Notes: generated from the letters alone by a model not told the origin. A DNA stretch of 64,000 bases from Hormiphora californensis (GCA_020137815.1 CM035362.1:1736001-1800000), one strand, 5' to 3'. Counted from the first letter of the stretch, positions 51,030 to 63,950 are shown. Numbers and translations: made by a program.

Positions 51030-51325
51030 ACTGTTATGCGAAGTTCAGATGGTATGTCACACGCAGAAACTAAACCCAATGATTATGGGATGATGCAGTT
51101 CCTGAAACCTTGTCTAAAAAGTTAAAACTCAAACATTTTCTGGTCTTCAAACTAAAGATTGCAGCATTTACACCGCGAAAAGATACATATAACATGCTTA
51201 GTGAGTCAGTTTCTCCAAACCCCATTTTGATTTCTGACTCAAATTGAATCTATTTACATTTATCTAACATAGAAATAGAAATATATCTACATCGTGTCGG
51301 ACTCTCTGTACAATACAAAACTGTC

Positions 51326-51568
51326 CATTCTGTTGAATTGAGTTTCCATGGTAACATTCTGTTGAATTGAGTTTCCATGGTAACATTCTGTTGAATTGAG
51401 TTTCCATGGTAACATTCTGTTGAATTGAGTGTCCATGGTAACAATCTGTTGAATTGAGTGTCCATGGTAACATTCTTTTGAATTGAGTGTCCATGGTAAC
51501 ATTCTGCTGAATTGAGTTTCCATTGTAACATTCTGTTGAATTGAGTTTCCATGGTAACATTCTGCTGA
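51326..51568. repeat. 29-bp minisatellite, ~8 copies, containing X-box-like palindromes
   Basis: Unit CATTCTGTTGAATTGAGTTTCCATGGTAA. Confidence 0.92.
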
Positions 51569-52049
51569 AATCCCATTCTTGGTAGGTAATATGCGGTACA
51601 AAACGTGGTGCACTAAATAGGTCGTTCTCGGGCCAGGGCTTGGGGTCGATGGTGCCTTTTTGGTGTCCAGTCCGCGTACCCTGAACGGATGATTTAGAAC
51701 ACACATTGTTGTCATCAGCATTGTTTCCATTCGGTATAGCTGCTACAGTAGCTCTTGCTTCAGGTGTTGCACATTCAGCCCACTACACATCAGCACATGG
51801 TTCTCAACATAACATACCATGCGAGAATACAAAACAAAACAAGCACGTTCATTGTAATTGTGCACGTTCATTACAATTGTGTGCAGCTTCAACCGTGCTT
51901 TAAAACACGTTTTCTGTTACAGTAAAATATTTTGTAGACATGTGCGTCTCCCCTTTTCGGGCAATCAAGATTTGTGAGAGATTCTCTATGATATGAATTG
52001 TAACCCCCCTTCCCTTTCTCTCCATAAGATATAATGACCGTCTGTCATT

Positions 52050-52368
52050 GATCGAACTATCTCCTTAAGATATAATGATCGAACTACCTCCTTAAGATAT
52101 AATGATCAAACTATCTCCTTAAGATATAATGATCGAACTATCTCCTTAAGATATAATGATCGAACTATCTCCTTAAGATATAATGATCGAACTATCTCCT
52201 TAAGATACAATGATCGAACTATCTCCTTAAGATATAATGATCGAACTATCTCCATAAGATATAATGATCGAACTATCTCCTTAAGATATAATGATCGAAC
52301 TATCTCCTTAAGATACAATGATCGAACTATCTCCATAAGATATAATGATCGAACTATCTCTATAATGA
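52050..52368. repeat. 27-bp minisatellite, ~11.5 copies
   Basis: Unit GATCGAACTATCTCCTTAAGATATAAT; explains the spurious EIVRSLYLK ORF. Confidence 0.93.
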
Positions 52369-52700
52369 GGTAAGCGGTAAAGGTTGACCCGTCTCCTGAG
52401 AATTTTAATTTTATTTGGCTATAACTCAGCCATTTCTTGACCAATTTGCAAAATCTTGGGTTCATTGGAAAGAGGACATTGAGCTCTTTCAAATGAGCTC
52501 AATAAAATGAAAGTTGGCGCAAATTGCGCGTCGCAGTGGCGAAAACGCGCAGTTTGCGCCAAATTTGATTTTCTTGAACTCATCTGAAAGATCTCAATGT
52601 CCCCTTTCCAATGAACCTAAGATTTTGCAAATTGGTCAAGAAATGGCTGAGCTATAGCCAAAACCGTTCTCAGGAGACGGGTCAACCTTTACCGCTTACC
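52369..52700. mobile_element. Mutator-like foldback MITE
   Basis: GGTAAGCGGTAAAGGTTGACCCGTCTCCTGAGAA ... inverse; almost entirely palindromic; 9-bp TSD CTATAATGA (52360-52368, 52701-52709). Confidence 0.9.
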
Positions 52701-53858
52701 CTATAATGAGCCAGTCTTGAACTGTTATGAAACTATGGTGAAACAGCACCCTGTCCTTGTGCCTAGCTAGCCTAGCCTGTCCCTTTTCTCGAACTCTCCC
52801 CACTTGCAGTACGATGTGTGGTCTGTGGTTTATGCACTGTATATTTACGATAGATGCCCCCTCCCCTAATACATAGTTATAGATCTATGTATGTGAAATT
52901 CAAAACTGCTAACACTTTTGCCATGCTCGACCCTGTTCTCCGCGTTACAAATGTAAAGGAGGGTTAGAAAATAACATTTTTCGTATTTGTCCACCCCTTA
53001 CTCAACGACAAGTTCGTATGAGACAAAGCTAGGAGTATTTTAGTTCCATGTTTTTGCGTAGATGTTTTTTCTTGCATATCTTGCTTTTTTCTTCGTGTGT
53101 GACTCTATTTCTTAAAATATATTGGCATCACTAAGCTTATCTTTTAGATGCTAAACACTTTAACTTGTCAAAAAATTTCAATAAGTTTCATATGTACATA
53201 TTATCTTTGGCAATGGCGCTGATATAAAGAATATAGTGAATCTTATGTATAGTACATAGTCGAGAAATAAAAATTCACAGCCACATTTTGTTTTATTCCA
53301 AGGTGATTAAAATTCGGGACAGCTGCTCCACATTAAAATACATTTAGCCACATGCGTATCATAATTACATAATTAAGTTAATTAAGTTAACTATTTACAC
53401 ATGAAGTACGCACATGCTGTTTATTCACCTGTAAGGCCCTGTTTACATCGTTTTAAGTAGACTTCGTTAATTACTGGTGGTGAGGGATCCCGTCTAGATT
53501 CTAAAAATAGTAACAATTAGCTTGAACAAGAAGAGGAAGAACCTTGAGATGGGTTTAACCAGATAATATAACTCGCTACTTAATTATATTGCTATGTTCT
53601 AACCCTCCCGCCCGAAACACAGTCTAGCCAGGCAATAATTATACCTGAAACTTCTTTCTCTACTTAAAATCGCTACTTAATTATCCCTGAAATTTCTTTC
53701 TCTACTCATATTTTACCGGAATTTAACTAGCATCAAGTTAAATGGTATAATGCTCTCTAAAGACTCCCAGCTTCCTTTGGGTTTTGAATCTAAGGTTCTC
53801 TCAAAAGTCAAATAATGGATGTAAAATATATAAAAAATGGAGAGTAAAATATAAAACC

Positions 53859-53926
53859 GTCTAGAGTCCCAGTACATAGATGAGATACGGAGCTCCGTAT
53901 CTCATCTATGTACTGGGACTCTAGAC
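53859..53926. repeat. 68-bp perfect spacer-less palindrome
   Basis: GTCTAGAGTCCCAGTACATAGATGAGATACGGAG|CTCCGTATCTCATCTATGTACTGGGACTCTAGAC. Confidence 0.92.
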
Positions 53927-54642
53927 TCGGCGGAGGGAAATAGAGTGCAGTAAATGTGAAACCAAGCGAAGCGTGAAAACGATCACACACACACAAAATC
54001 CCATGCGGTACGGGACATATTTCATTTTGTATTGAAACGTAGTACACCACCCTTTTATGTATTGTTATTTTTGACATTTGATACTTGTATCAAAAAATCA
54101 TGCGAGACAATTTTGAGTGAGAATAGTATCGCTGGTTCAAGATGAGTCCGTTAATAGCCTACAACATTAAACTTTCTGATTGGTTGAAATTTATACCATA
54201 TAATGTAGTTTGTCTGCCAATTGTGGGTACCAACATGACTCACGGTAGGGGTACCACTACATATTATGCTGTGAGCTTTTTTGTTCGGGGCGCGGTGAAA
54301 CAGGGCCCAGCAAGGCAATTAGAGCTTTTAAGTCGATCTAGTAATTAAATTAACCACTTTTGTTGTAGATGGGCGGGGTTTAAGTTTCTCACCTCCGTTC
54401 TAACCCCGCCCATCTTTCTCACTGAGAGATCTAATGAAAGCTGTGTGCATTATGTATAGGTATGTCGAAATATATCAAAAGCTGTCTGTTCAGGTGCAGG
54501 TGTTGTGTAAATAAAATCGAGGGGGTTCAAGTCATACGTCTCGACAGAGAGGGGGAGAGAGAGAGGGGGAGATGGAAGATAGATAGATAGAGAGAGAGAG
54601 AGAGATAGAGAGGGAGATAGAGAGAGAGAGAGAGAGAGAGAT

Positions 54643-54711
<69 letters not shown>

Positions 54712-54714
54712 TAG

Positions 54715-54759
<45 letters not shown>

Positions 54760-55194
54760 TAGAGCGATAGAGAGAACTATTTAATGATGGTATATACAGG
54801 GTATAGAGTGAGAATATATAACTGAGAGAAAGGTGCAATTAGGGTGGCACGTGTTAGAAGAGATCTGAGCTCCTAAACTGGTATGTTGTTATTTTGAGGG
54901 GTCCAGGTAACGTAATTGTTAGCGGCTGCAGTGTGTGTTCCTTTAATTACATACGGACCCATCTTTATTTTCCAGCTGGAAATAAGCTGAATCACTCGTG
55001 CCTACTGCATAACCAGCCCATTTAATGTTCATACTCTATCTCTCCAAACTATCTCTCTTGACTCCATCTCTCCACATGTATAGGAAAACCGGCTCAGACA
55101 GCTAGTTAGTTAGCCGCCGCTAAACTCCCAAGTTTAATCCCAAACCAACCGTTTTGTAACTTGTCCTAACAGACATTTTGAACCTTCTGAAATA

Positions 55195-55772
55195 CAGTGG
55201 GCGGACTCTAGTGCTAACGGACTCTTTATCTAAATCCAAGGCGGACTCTATATCTAAAAACGGACTCTTTATCTACAGTTAGACTTTGAAAAAAGTTTAG
55301 ATAAAGAGTCCTCCCTGTGTAGACTTTTTAGATAAAGAGTCCGCCCTGTGTAGAATTTTTAGATATATAGAGTCCTCTAGTACATTTTGGCGCCAAATCC
55401 TCCAACCCGGACTCTATGTCTAAAATCCTAACCCAACCCAAAACCTAACCCTAACACTAACCCTAACCCTAACCTCGAACCCAAACAACGGCCCTAACAC
55501 TTCTAAATTAGTATAGGGGTAGAGCAAACTCTCGTTTCCGGCCGAAATTTCGAGTTCGCGGCGAAAGGCGGACTCTATATCTAATTTAGATTTATGTAGA
55601 TATAGAGTCCACTTTGTTTAGACTTTTTAGATAAAGAGTCCGCCCTGTGTAGACTTTTTAGATAAAGAGTCCTCCTAGAGTTTAGAATTATTTGGACTCT
55701 TTATCTAAATCTAAATTTAGATATAGAGTCCCCTTTAGACTTAGAGTGTAGCACTAGAGTCCGCACACCCTG
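55195..55772. mobile_element. TIR element with multiple GGACTCTWTATCTA subterminal repeats and a central (CCCTAA)n-like tract
   Basis: CAG..GCGGACTCTAGTGCTA ... TAGCACTAGAGTCCGC..CTG; telomere-like tract ~55428-55498. Confidence 0.75.
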
Positions 55773-56249
55773 AAAAATACACACTACCAACGGGCCCTCA
55801 CATGTGTGTACTACGTGTCCATGAACACTATATATGATGATCCTGTCAACTCAATTAGCACACATAGTACAGAGAGAGGGGGGCTTCATAAAGTGAAGTG
55901 AGAAATAAAAGACAAATTCGGAGGAAAATCCAGTTACATAAAGACTTCAGAGTCAGTGTGAAAGGCCTGTGGCCCACATGCCTTTCACACTGAGAGTGAG
56001 AGTTTCAAAACTTTGATCAGCTGTAAGTTTTTTTCTTTTATAAACATACTGAAATAATAATGGCTTAGGCTAACTAGGAATCTTTGCCCAATGTATCATT
56101 TAAGCAAGCCACTGCATCTCAAGATTCCCGGGACATACTGCCCACACACAAACACGCACAACACACTATATAGTAGTATCTCAGCTTGTATTGATACTCC
56201 TGTCCAAGTAATACTTTGTATTTGTTGTGTTTATCCTTATCTGTGACAC

Positions 56250-57221
56250 ATGGCGTACCGATACAGAGTCCACCGTGGAGGCCCCTTTGCAGGTGTGACG
56301 TCATTCTACAGCCCTGGTGACGTCATCCCCACACGTGACACCAAAACAGGTCTCTTCCCTCCCCTCAACCTGCCTGTACGGCATTACGAAATTGATGGAC
56401 GACCCTACGTCCTCCTAACCCCCGAGGACAGGGTCAAGAACCCCGACCTGGTGAAACCACGTGATAGCGATGTGATGGTTGCTACCTACCCTCGAAATGG
56501 GACAGGACTGACTCTCAACCTGGTGGTGGAGATACACAAAGCACACAACCCCGACCTCCCATCTGACCATCCGTTCTTTAATCAGCGACCAAAGGACCAA
56601 ACTCCTTGGATACATAATAAGTTTCACAGTGAGGAAGAGATAGAAAACATGCCCTCGCCTCGAGCCTTTAAAACCCATAACTACTACGAACACCTAGGAA
56701 CAGTAAAGCCTGGACAGATGAAGATAATACATGTGTTCCGGAACCCAAAAGACGTTGTGTGTTCCCATTTCTACCACATGACCAAACTACCACCGGGGTT
56801 ATTCGATTACAAGGGATCATTTGAGGAGGCTGTTGAGTTCTTTCTGGATGGGGGATTTGAGACGGGATGCTATTGGAGGTTTAATAGGGAGTATTTGGAA
56901 AATAAGGACGGACATGACATTCTACATCTCCATTATGAGGAGTTAACCATGAGAAAACAGGAGGGAGTTAGGAAGATTAACTCCTTCCTGGGTTATCCCG
57001 ATCTTGACGAAGATCAGATGGAGGGAGTGGTTAGGGCCACAACTCTGGATTACGATAACCTGAGGTCGTATCAGGTGGGGAAACCTGGTAAAGGGGTGGA
57101 AATGTTGACGAAGGAACAGAGAGAGAGATTTGATGAGAGGTCCAGGAAGGAGTTGAAGGAGTTTGAAGGTGTTCCAGAGTCCTTTTTCTCTGATGAACTT
57201 TATGTTAAACAATTGAATTGA
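56250..57221 (+). CDS. Cytosolic-type (SULT family) sulfotransferase, 323 aa, intronless CDS
   Basis: 5'-PSB loop VATYPRNGT, catalytic RAFKTH, 3'-PB VFRNPKDVVCS, LHYEEL, GKPG; AATAAA at 57364. Confidence 0.93.
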   Translation: MAYRYRVHRGGPFAGVTSFYSPGDVIPTRDTKTGLFPPLNLPVRHYEIDGRPYVLLTPEDRVKNPDLVKPRDSDVMVATYPRNGTGLTLNLVVEIHKAHNPDLPSDHPFFNQRPKDQTPWIHNKFHSEEEIENMPSPRAFKTHNYYEHLGTVKPGQMKIIHVFRNPKDVVCSHFYHMTKLPPGLFDYKGSFEEAVEFFLDGGFETGCYWRFNREYLENKDGHDILHLHYEELTMRKQEGVRKINSFLGYPDLDEDQMEGVVRATTLDYDNLRSYQVGKPGKGVEMLTKEQRERFDERSRKELKEFEGVPESFFSDELYVKQLN

Positions 57222-57923
57222 TATAATTATTGTATAGTGACTGTTAAACAATTGAATTGATATAATTATTGTATAGCGACTGTTTATTTCTAAGAATGTT
57301 TGAGTGTTTATGTTAATAATTATTAACTTCCGTGTCTTATAATGAGTTTAGGGACGAGGTTGAAATAAAAGTCACTCTCAAAGTGTCTGCTCAGTGTGTC
57401 TGTTGTTAGTCACTACACTCACAAATAATGAATATGTGGTAACACATTGTGAAAGATGAGAAAATGTTAGATCTTGGGTGCATCTTTTAGGACATGATAT
57501 CTCTTTTCTCCTTTGTATAAAGGGATCATGGCATGCACTAAAAGGCTTCCCTCCTCAGCCCCCACAAAGTGGCAAGTCATTGGTCCTTTGTTGTCTAAAT
57601 TTCGTATCTGAATTAGCTCATTCAGTTTTTTAGAATATATACCGAGAGAGAGAGAGGGAGGCTCGGGTACAAACTAGACAGGCCCTTTGTGTACTCGATG
57701 GTCGGCCCTATGTACATAGATCTGTCAGCATCATGATAATATATAGTTGAGCCAAGCTCAATACAGCGTCTACCATTGTTTCCATAGTCATTGTGAATAA
57801 TATTATTATATGCTCCGTTACTTATATTATTCTCTGTTTCTCTCTCTCTCTCTCACTCTCTCACTCTCTCACTCTGATCTCTCTCTCTCTCTCTCTCTCT
57901 CACTCTAGCTCTGATCTCTCTCT

Positions 57924-57965
<42 letters not shown>

Positions 57966-59786
57966 ATCTCATACACCATATTGTTAGAAAATATCACACA
58001 TACCCACTAAACATGGCACCACAACTATGAAATCCTTTAGATCCCTGGATTGGGAATTGCAGACTTTGGTACAGAGATGAGAGATCATCATTAGTGGGAG
58101 GAATTTTCTTGATGGAAAATATTATGTTGCAAGAATTTCTGAGTTTGTTGTCCATGATAGATTCTATTATTATTGGATTCACTAATATTATAGTTGCTAA
58201 GGTGTGTAAAATACAATTCTCAAACACCAATGTAGTAGTGATAACAGTATTATTTTCAAGTTGTAATAGTTGCTGCAGCAGTGGCTTCTGGAACTTTTCT
58301 CTCCCCTATCGAATTCTTTGCCTGGCTAGACTGTGTTTACAAATGGGAGGGTTAGAACATAACTACTAATTCTATCTCTCTATCTTTCTCCCTACAGCCC
58401 ACTATCTCTCTCTGTCTTTCACTCTCATCTTGTTTCCTGATGGGCTCGCATCCACCACCATCATTACCCGTTAGAACCCATGAACAACTCGTTTTCATTG
58501 CCTTGTTATTATATCCTGTTAGTAATTTATAGGCACTGAAAATCATCAAATATTCTCGGCCCCATATATCGCAACTTTTCCAAGAGATCAAGGAACGCGG
58601 CTTGTCATGTTCCTACTTCCTCGATATCACCTGAATATACCTGAATATAACAATTCTCCTACGTGTGAAAGTGCAGTTTGGTGCAAGATAGATTCGATTC
58701 CCTTGACATTTGTATTATACGATGGCAGGTGGCAGTTTTGATGATTGTTATGTGCGATTTAATAATCTTTAATTTAATACACTAATTCTGATCGTCCCCC
58801 CTCTCTCTTTCTCCCTCGATGATCGCACGTCGTTTAGATATCTTGAATTTTGTTTGCTATGCAGCTTTGGAGCTATATTAGTATAAATATATTAAGATAA
58901 ATTCTATCCTCTAGATCTGCCAAGGTGTCCCAGTTATATAAAGAACTTATAAAGTTTAGTTTCTCGGAAAATTCTCCTTTAATTTCATTTCATTTTCATC
59001 ATATATATATTTCATAATATTTTCATGATCTTGTATATCATGTCACCGCAACCATCCGGGAGAAGCAGATGATCACCTTTTTGTGCAACCCACACCCACC
59101 TTATCTGTTGTGCTCACAAAATACTGTCCTCTCCAAACCGGGCCGAATTATGGCAACTTTTCTGCACGGATCTGAATCATCGCAAATTGACGTTGTTGAG
59201 CAAGAGTTACCGCACCACCACCTCCACCGGGCCTCCCTCAAATAATTGCTGTCAGAGCATTGTCCTGATAAAATAATCGATACCCGTGGAATATTTCCGA
59301 TCTCAGCTTCAGTGCAGGAAATTCAATATCATGTGAATGACAAGAGTGTCATGGCATGGCCACTAATTGAGGACAGTAACGTATCCAGCGAGAGGGGAGG
59401 GGTTTAGTTCCTGTCTCATTCTCTCTTTTATCTTCTCTCTAGTTTCTATCTCTTTCTCTCACTCACTCTCCTCTCTTTCTATCTCTTTCTCTCACTCACT
59501 CGCCTCTCTTTCTATCTCTCTGTCTCACTCACTCTCCTCTCTTTTTATCTCTTTCTCTCACGCACTCTCCTCTCTTTCTATCTCTTTCTCTCACTCACTC
59601 TCCTCTCTTTTTATCTCTTTCTCTCACGCACTCTCCTCTCTTTCTATCTCTTTCTCTCACTCTGCAAGAGATCAGCCACTGGTGGTGTAGCTCTGCCCCA
59701 TTTTTCTCTCCCGTCTGACCAGCTGTGGTGCACGACAGGTGCAACTTTGTCTCGCCCCTCTCTCTCTCTATCTCTATCTCTCTATC

Positions 59787-59835
<49 letters not shown>

Positions 59836-61162
59836 CCTCTCTCTCTCTCTCTCTCTCCTCTCTCTCTGTCTCCATACACACAAACAGCTCTCCTCTTTTT
59901 CTTCTCCATGGGTGACCAAGAACATCATTATTGTCATGAAATTGTTGCCATTATTGTTGTTATAATAATTCATGAGCAGCTTCCCCCAAAGCTGTGGTGT
60001 CTTACCCAAAGCTGATAGCCCAATGAATATCATGTATAATACGTACGTCGTACATAGCCTGGTTTTATAATGGGGGTGCGAACGTGAGCTCTATACATCT
60101 CCTTATTGCTGTGTTGTTATTGTTTAGGCATTATCATTTTACTCTCATGGAACATTTACACTTTTTGATACACATGGAGCTAGCAATAGTACAATATACC
60201 CCCTTTTCTTTATTTTACATGTTACATGTGTCTTTTAATATTTTACATGTCTCTTTTTTCGAGTTCTTCTGCAGACCATGGTCATTTAAAGAGCTGTAAA
60301 CTGAGCTCTTTTCCGGGAAATGGAGAGTTGAACATTATATTATACCTAGAATTCGAGTACCCTTCGAGTTCCATGAATGGCTCTACCTAGGAAAGGAATA
60401 ATATGCTAACTCTTACATTCACCATATCTATTTCGCATCAAACCCTGCTCTGTTCCCTTCTATACTACTTCTATATTTACCTCCCTCTGTTCCTTTCATA
60501 TCTCATGATTACATATTGTTATGTCTATTTTGTTTGAATGTTTGGACAATGTGAGTCGTATAATAATGGTAAAGCTGGGAGGGAGGAGGGAGGGGGGTAA
60601 CTACCCTTTAGATCAAATATATAATATCTTTGTTGTTGAGCTTTGCCCTTTATTGTCGTAATTGCTTTTTATCTTTGTAGCACTTAAATCTATATAATGT
60701 TCTGGAAGCATTTAAATATTCAGTTAGAGCTTTGTGCCTTACAGCTTTGTTAAATATATATTGCTGACGCGTCATATTGTCTTATAGACATTGTCTTACA
60801 TGTGTTCAATCTATTTTATCATCAGTTTTTCATTATATTTTGCATAGCTCATTGTGACATATTGTGTTGTTACTCCTAATAACTTTTAAATAGCTCTCTG
60901 ATGTAGAGGATCATCAAGTTATGTAAAGACCAATCCAGCTATTTGGATATAGAGCTCTCAAACAACACAACTACCAAACTTACCACCAGACTTCAGATAG
61001 TCACCACCCTAACTCCAGATATTCACCACCAGACTCCAGAGATATATCGAACCCCAACTCCAGACTTTATCACTGCAACACCAGATCTATACCACCCTAA
61101 CTCCAGAGTCCAGACTTTATCACTGCAACACCAGATATACCACCCTAACTCCTGATCAACCC

Positions 61163-62344
61163 ATGACGTCACCTCTCCTCACCATCATCCTACTAAGTTG
61201 TGGAGTTGTTGTGGAAGCCAGCTCAGCAGCCCTGCCAGACGTATCATGGTGGATGTATACTATTATCACACTGTTCATCATAGCAGTAGCTGCATCGTGA
61301 GTGTGAATTGAGGGAATATAATGGGTTTTACAATGGAATATACGGGCCACTAAATGTTAGGCCGCTGAATGTTAGACCACTAAATGTTAGACCACTTTGA
61401 CTTGCTAATGCTTGGCGGAACCGGGCGGAGTATACCGTTTTATTTGGATTAGGATTAAGACTGGAGGGGGAGAGAGAAAGCCTTTGACATGGATTTAGTT
61501 AGCTAGTTGAGATAGTAGGATGGGGAACGGTGATTGGTTTTTTGGTGAAAAGCAATCTACGGGTTGTTAAAGAGTCATCAGGTCATAAATAGCTGCGGCT
61601 AAAGAGTTAGAGTGAGCTATATGATCACGGGCGAGAAAGATACTGGTAGAGATTCAGATTTACTGTGGGTAAAGAGAACACGATTCGAATCTCACTACAG
61701 CTCTATCACCTAATTATCATCAGCTATTTAACCATTATACTCGGCACTATAAATAGAACTTAGTTATTATAACTACCCGGTAACTCTTCCAAACCACCAC
61801 ATCACGCTCAAATACTACTCTCTCACAAACCACCACTGACCACATCACGCTTGAACAAAATAAAATTCAGCAAATTTAGATTTTCATAAGATCGAGTAAA
61901 CCCGGGTTCAGAACTAACTCCCTTAAATTACAGGGTAACGTTTTGTTGCTGTGGCTGTTTCGGTAAAGTCCCCTGTTGTAGGGAGGACCCTACTAAAGAT
62001 GTCACAGCAGAGGATGTGATCATGTCCCAGATAGGAAACAACCCTTATGTGAACTTCCAGAACCCGGGGGAGTTAGAGGAAGGGGATGGTGGAGGAGGGG
62101 GAGAAGATGTGAGTGTGTTATGTACATTTTTGTCTCGAATTTGTTTTTCTACCCAACATATTAGAACCCCACCCCCCTTACAATACCCACCCTGTAATTA
62201 TTTAATTACCCAGCTAATTAACTGATTAACTTCCAGAGACCAGGAATTGAGGATGGTTTGGAAGACGTTGAGGAAGGTAAAGAAGTGGTCCAGTACGAAT
62301 GGGGGAAAGATGACAGCCATATACCTGCACCTTATTCCTTATGA
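61163..62344 (+). CDS. 138-aa single-pass membrane protein with juxtamembrane Cys cluster and Tyr motifs (transmembrane-adaptor-like)
   Basis: Exons 61163-61296, 61934-62108, 62237-62344, phase-consistent: MTSPLLTIILLSCGVVVEA-SSAALPDVS-WWMYTIITLFIIAVAASVTF-CCCGCFGKVPCC-..NNPYVNF..acidic..APYSL*. Confidence 0.82.
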
Positions 62345-62803
62345 TACTCCGGGGGGACTGCTAGTATAGCAGAATACCACGAGAATACAGAACAAAGTAA
62401 TTGGTAATTACTTGGAGAATAAAGTGATTAGTAATTACTTGCGCAATAACAATTACATTGATATCAGAGGTTGCGTCAGACAATTGGGCGTTGGTTTATT
62501 GTTATTCAGAGTTCAAAGACTTTAGGCAGCGATTCATATCATATCGACAGCCCGATGGAAATATTGAGACCTGTATTTTGTACATGTAGATATGGTGGGA
62601 GTGTAATAATGGCAAAACTAAGTTGTTCAGAACCAGAGTGATTAGTCCATCACGATGACTTTCTATTAATTTTGTTGAATTTTATCGACATCCAAAATAC
62701 ATATAATTTTGTTCCTGTGAGATCTTGTAAACGATGGAAAGCTATATATCAGACAGCTTTGAGGGAGATTTCAAATTCTTGATATTTCTCGCATGAAAAA
62801 GGT

Positions 62804-63950
62804 CTAATTGATAACTACTGGGAAAGTGGGAGTACTAAGTAGCCAGTTCGACGAAATGTCGAATGAGAAATATGCTCCTAAAAAGCAGCAAACCATATAG
62901 GGGAGATGGAGATGAATTCGTTGGAAAATATCAGTTGGACAATGTACACTGTACAGCCCGCCACCCCATTGGCCTAGACCGTGCCCCAAATACAATTTTA
63001 AAAGAGGATCAACCCCCTGTCCCCTAATTATAGGTGTGATGGGTACCTTCTGTGAAGAGAATTTCCTCGACTTGTGTACTTGATCCATTACTGTATCGGT
63101 CTTTACTCCTGTAAATATAATGACAAGATATAATCTATGAAGATCGAGGGAAGCTGATCGCTATTAAAGTTGATTAAAATATGTCATAAATTTAATGAAA
63201 GCTCTTCTCAAATTGAAAATAAAACCAATGACGTACCGTCGTGAGTGAATTAAAACATGTATCTCAATTCTCAAAACCAATGACGCACTTCGTGGGTTGC
63301 ATATTTTGACAAGTTTGTGAGCCTCGGTAAAGATTCCACGATTAGCTGGGCATGTAAAGTACTGTTCCCCTCTCACTAGGCCACTGTGCCTCCCATCTAG
63401 TGGAGGTGGTAATAATTTAGAGTTAGAGGTTCTTATTTTTAAACCCTCTAAAAAAGTTACTAAGGTGACATGAAATGAGTTGTTGTGAAACTAGACCAAT
63501 GAAATGAGTGACAGGTCAAAAACAAGAAGATGTGTGCTAGTTAAATTACCTGGTGTATCAAGGGCTAGTCCCACCCAGGTTCCTGACTTCCCACGGACCT
63601 CCCCAATATACTTTACTACCCCCGCTTTATGCTCCTTACCTATACCAGGGAGGGAATGTGTTAGAACTTAGAAGTGTTCCCTATCTTGTTAGGGGACAGA
63701 GAGGGAAACACTGCCTAGTGCCACAGACCCCGATATAATCTGACTCAAAAAAGGGACTGGGACAGATGAAAAAGTCTCGAGAAAGATTGTCGTGTACCCC
63801 CCCCCCTTACCAATAAAGTCTTTATCCCCCCCCCCCCTTACCAATAAAGTCTTTATCGATCCAGGTGGTTTTCGCATCCGGGTACCATAGCACTTTCAAA
63901 CCCACCACTATATTCTTGGGGTTTAGCATCGATCCTATTCAGTTCATTGG
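62804..63950 (-). CDS. CAP-Gly domain protein (partial; 5' end probably outside window, 3' end uncertain)
   Basis: Exons 63639-63550 and 63396-63289 give AGVVKYIGEVRGKSGTWVGLALDTPDGRHSGLVRGEQYFTCPANRGIF; next exon starts at 63108; flanking exons tentative. Confidence 0.8.

Noticed and set aside
51570-51782. Open minus-strand frame WAECATPEAR..QEWDF after an AG
   Set aside because: Runs into the minisatellite with no clear donor or homology
51326-52368. CRISPR-like arrays or repeat proteins
   Set aside because: Head-to-tail minisatellites with no unique spacers, in a eukaryotic context with no cas genes
57994-60400. Scattered open frames on both strands (possible membrane-protein exons)
   Set aside because: Conflicting strands and no consistent gene model or motif
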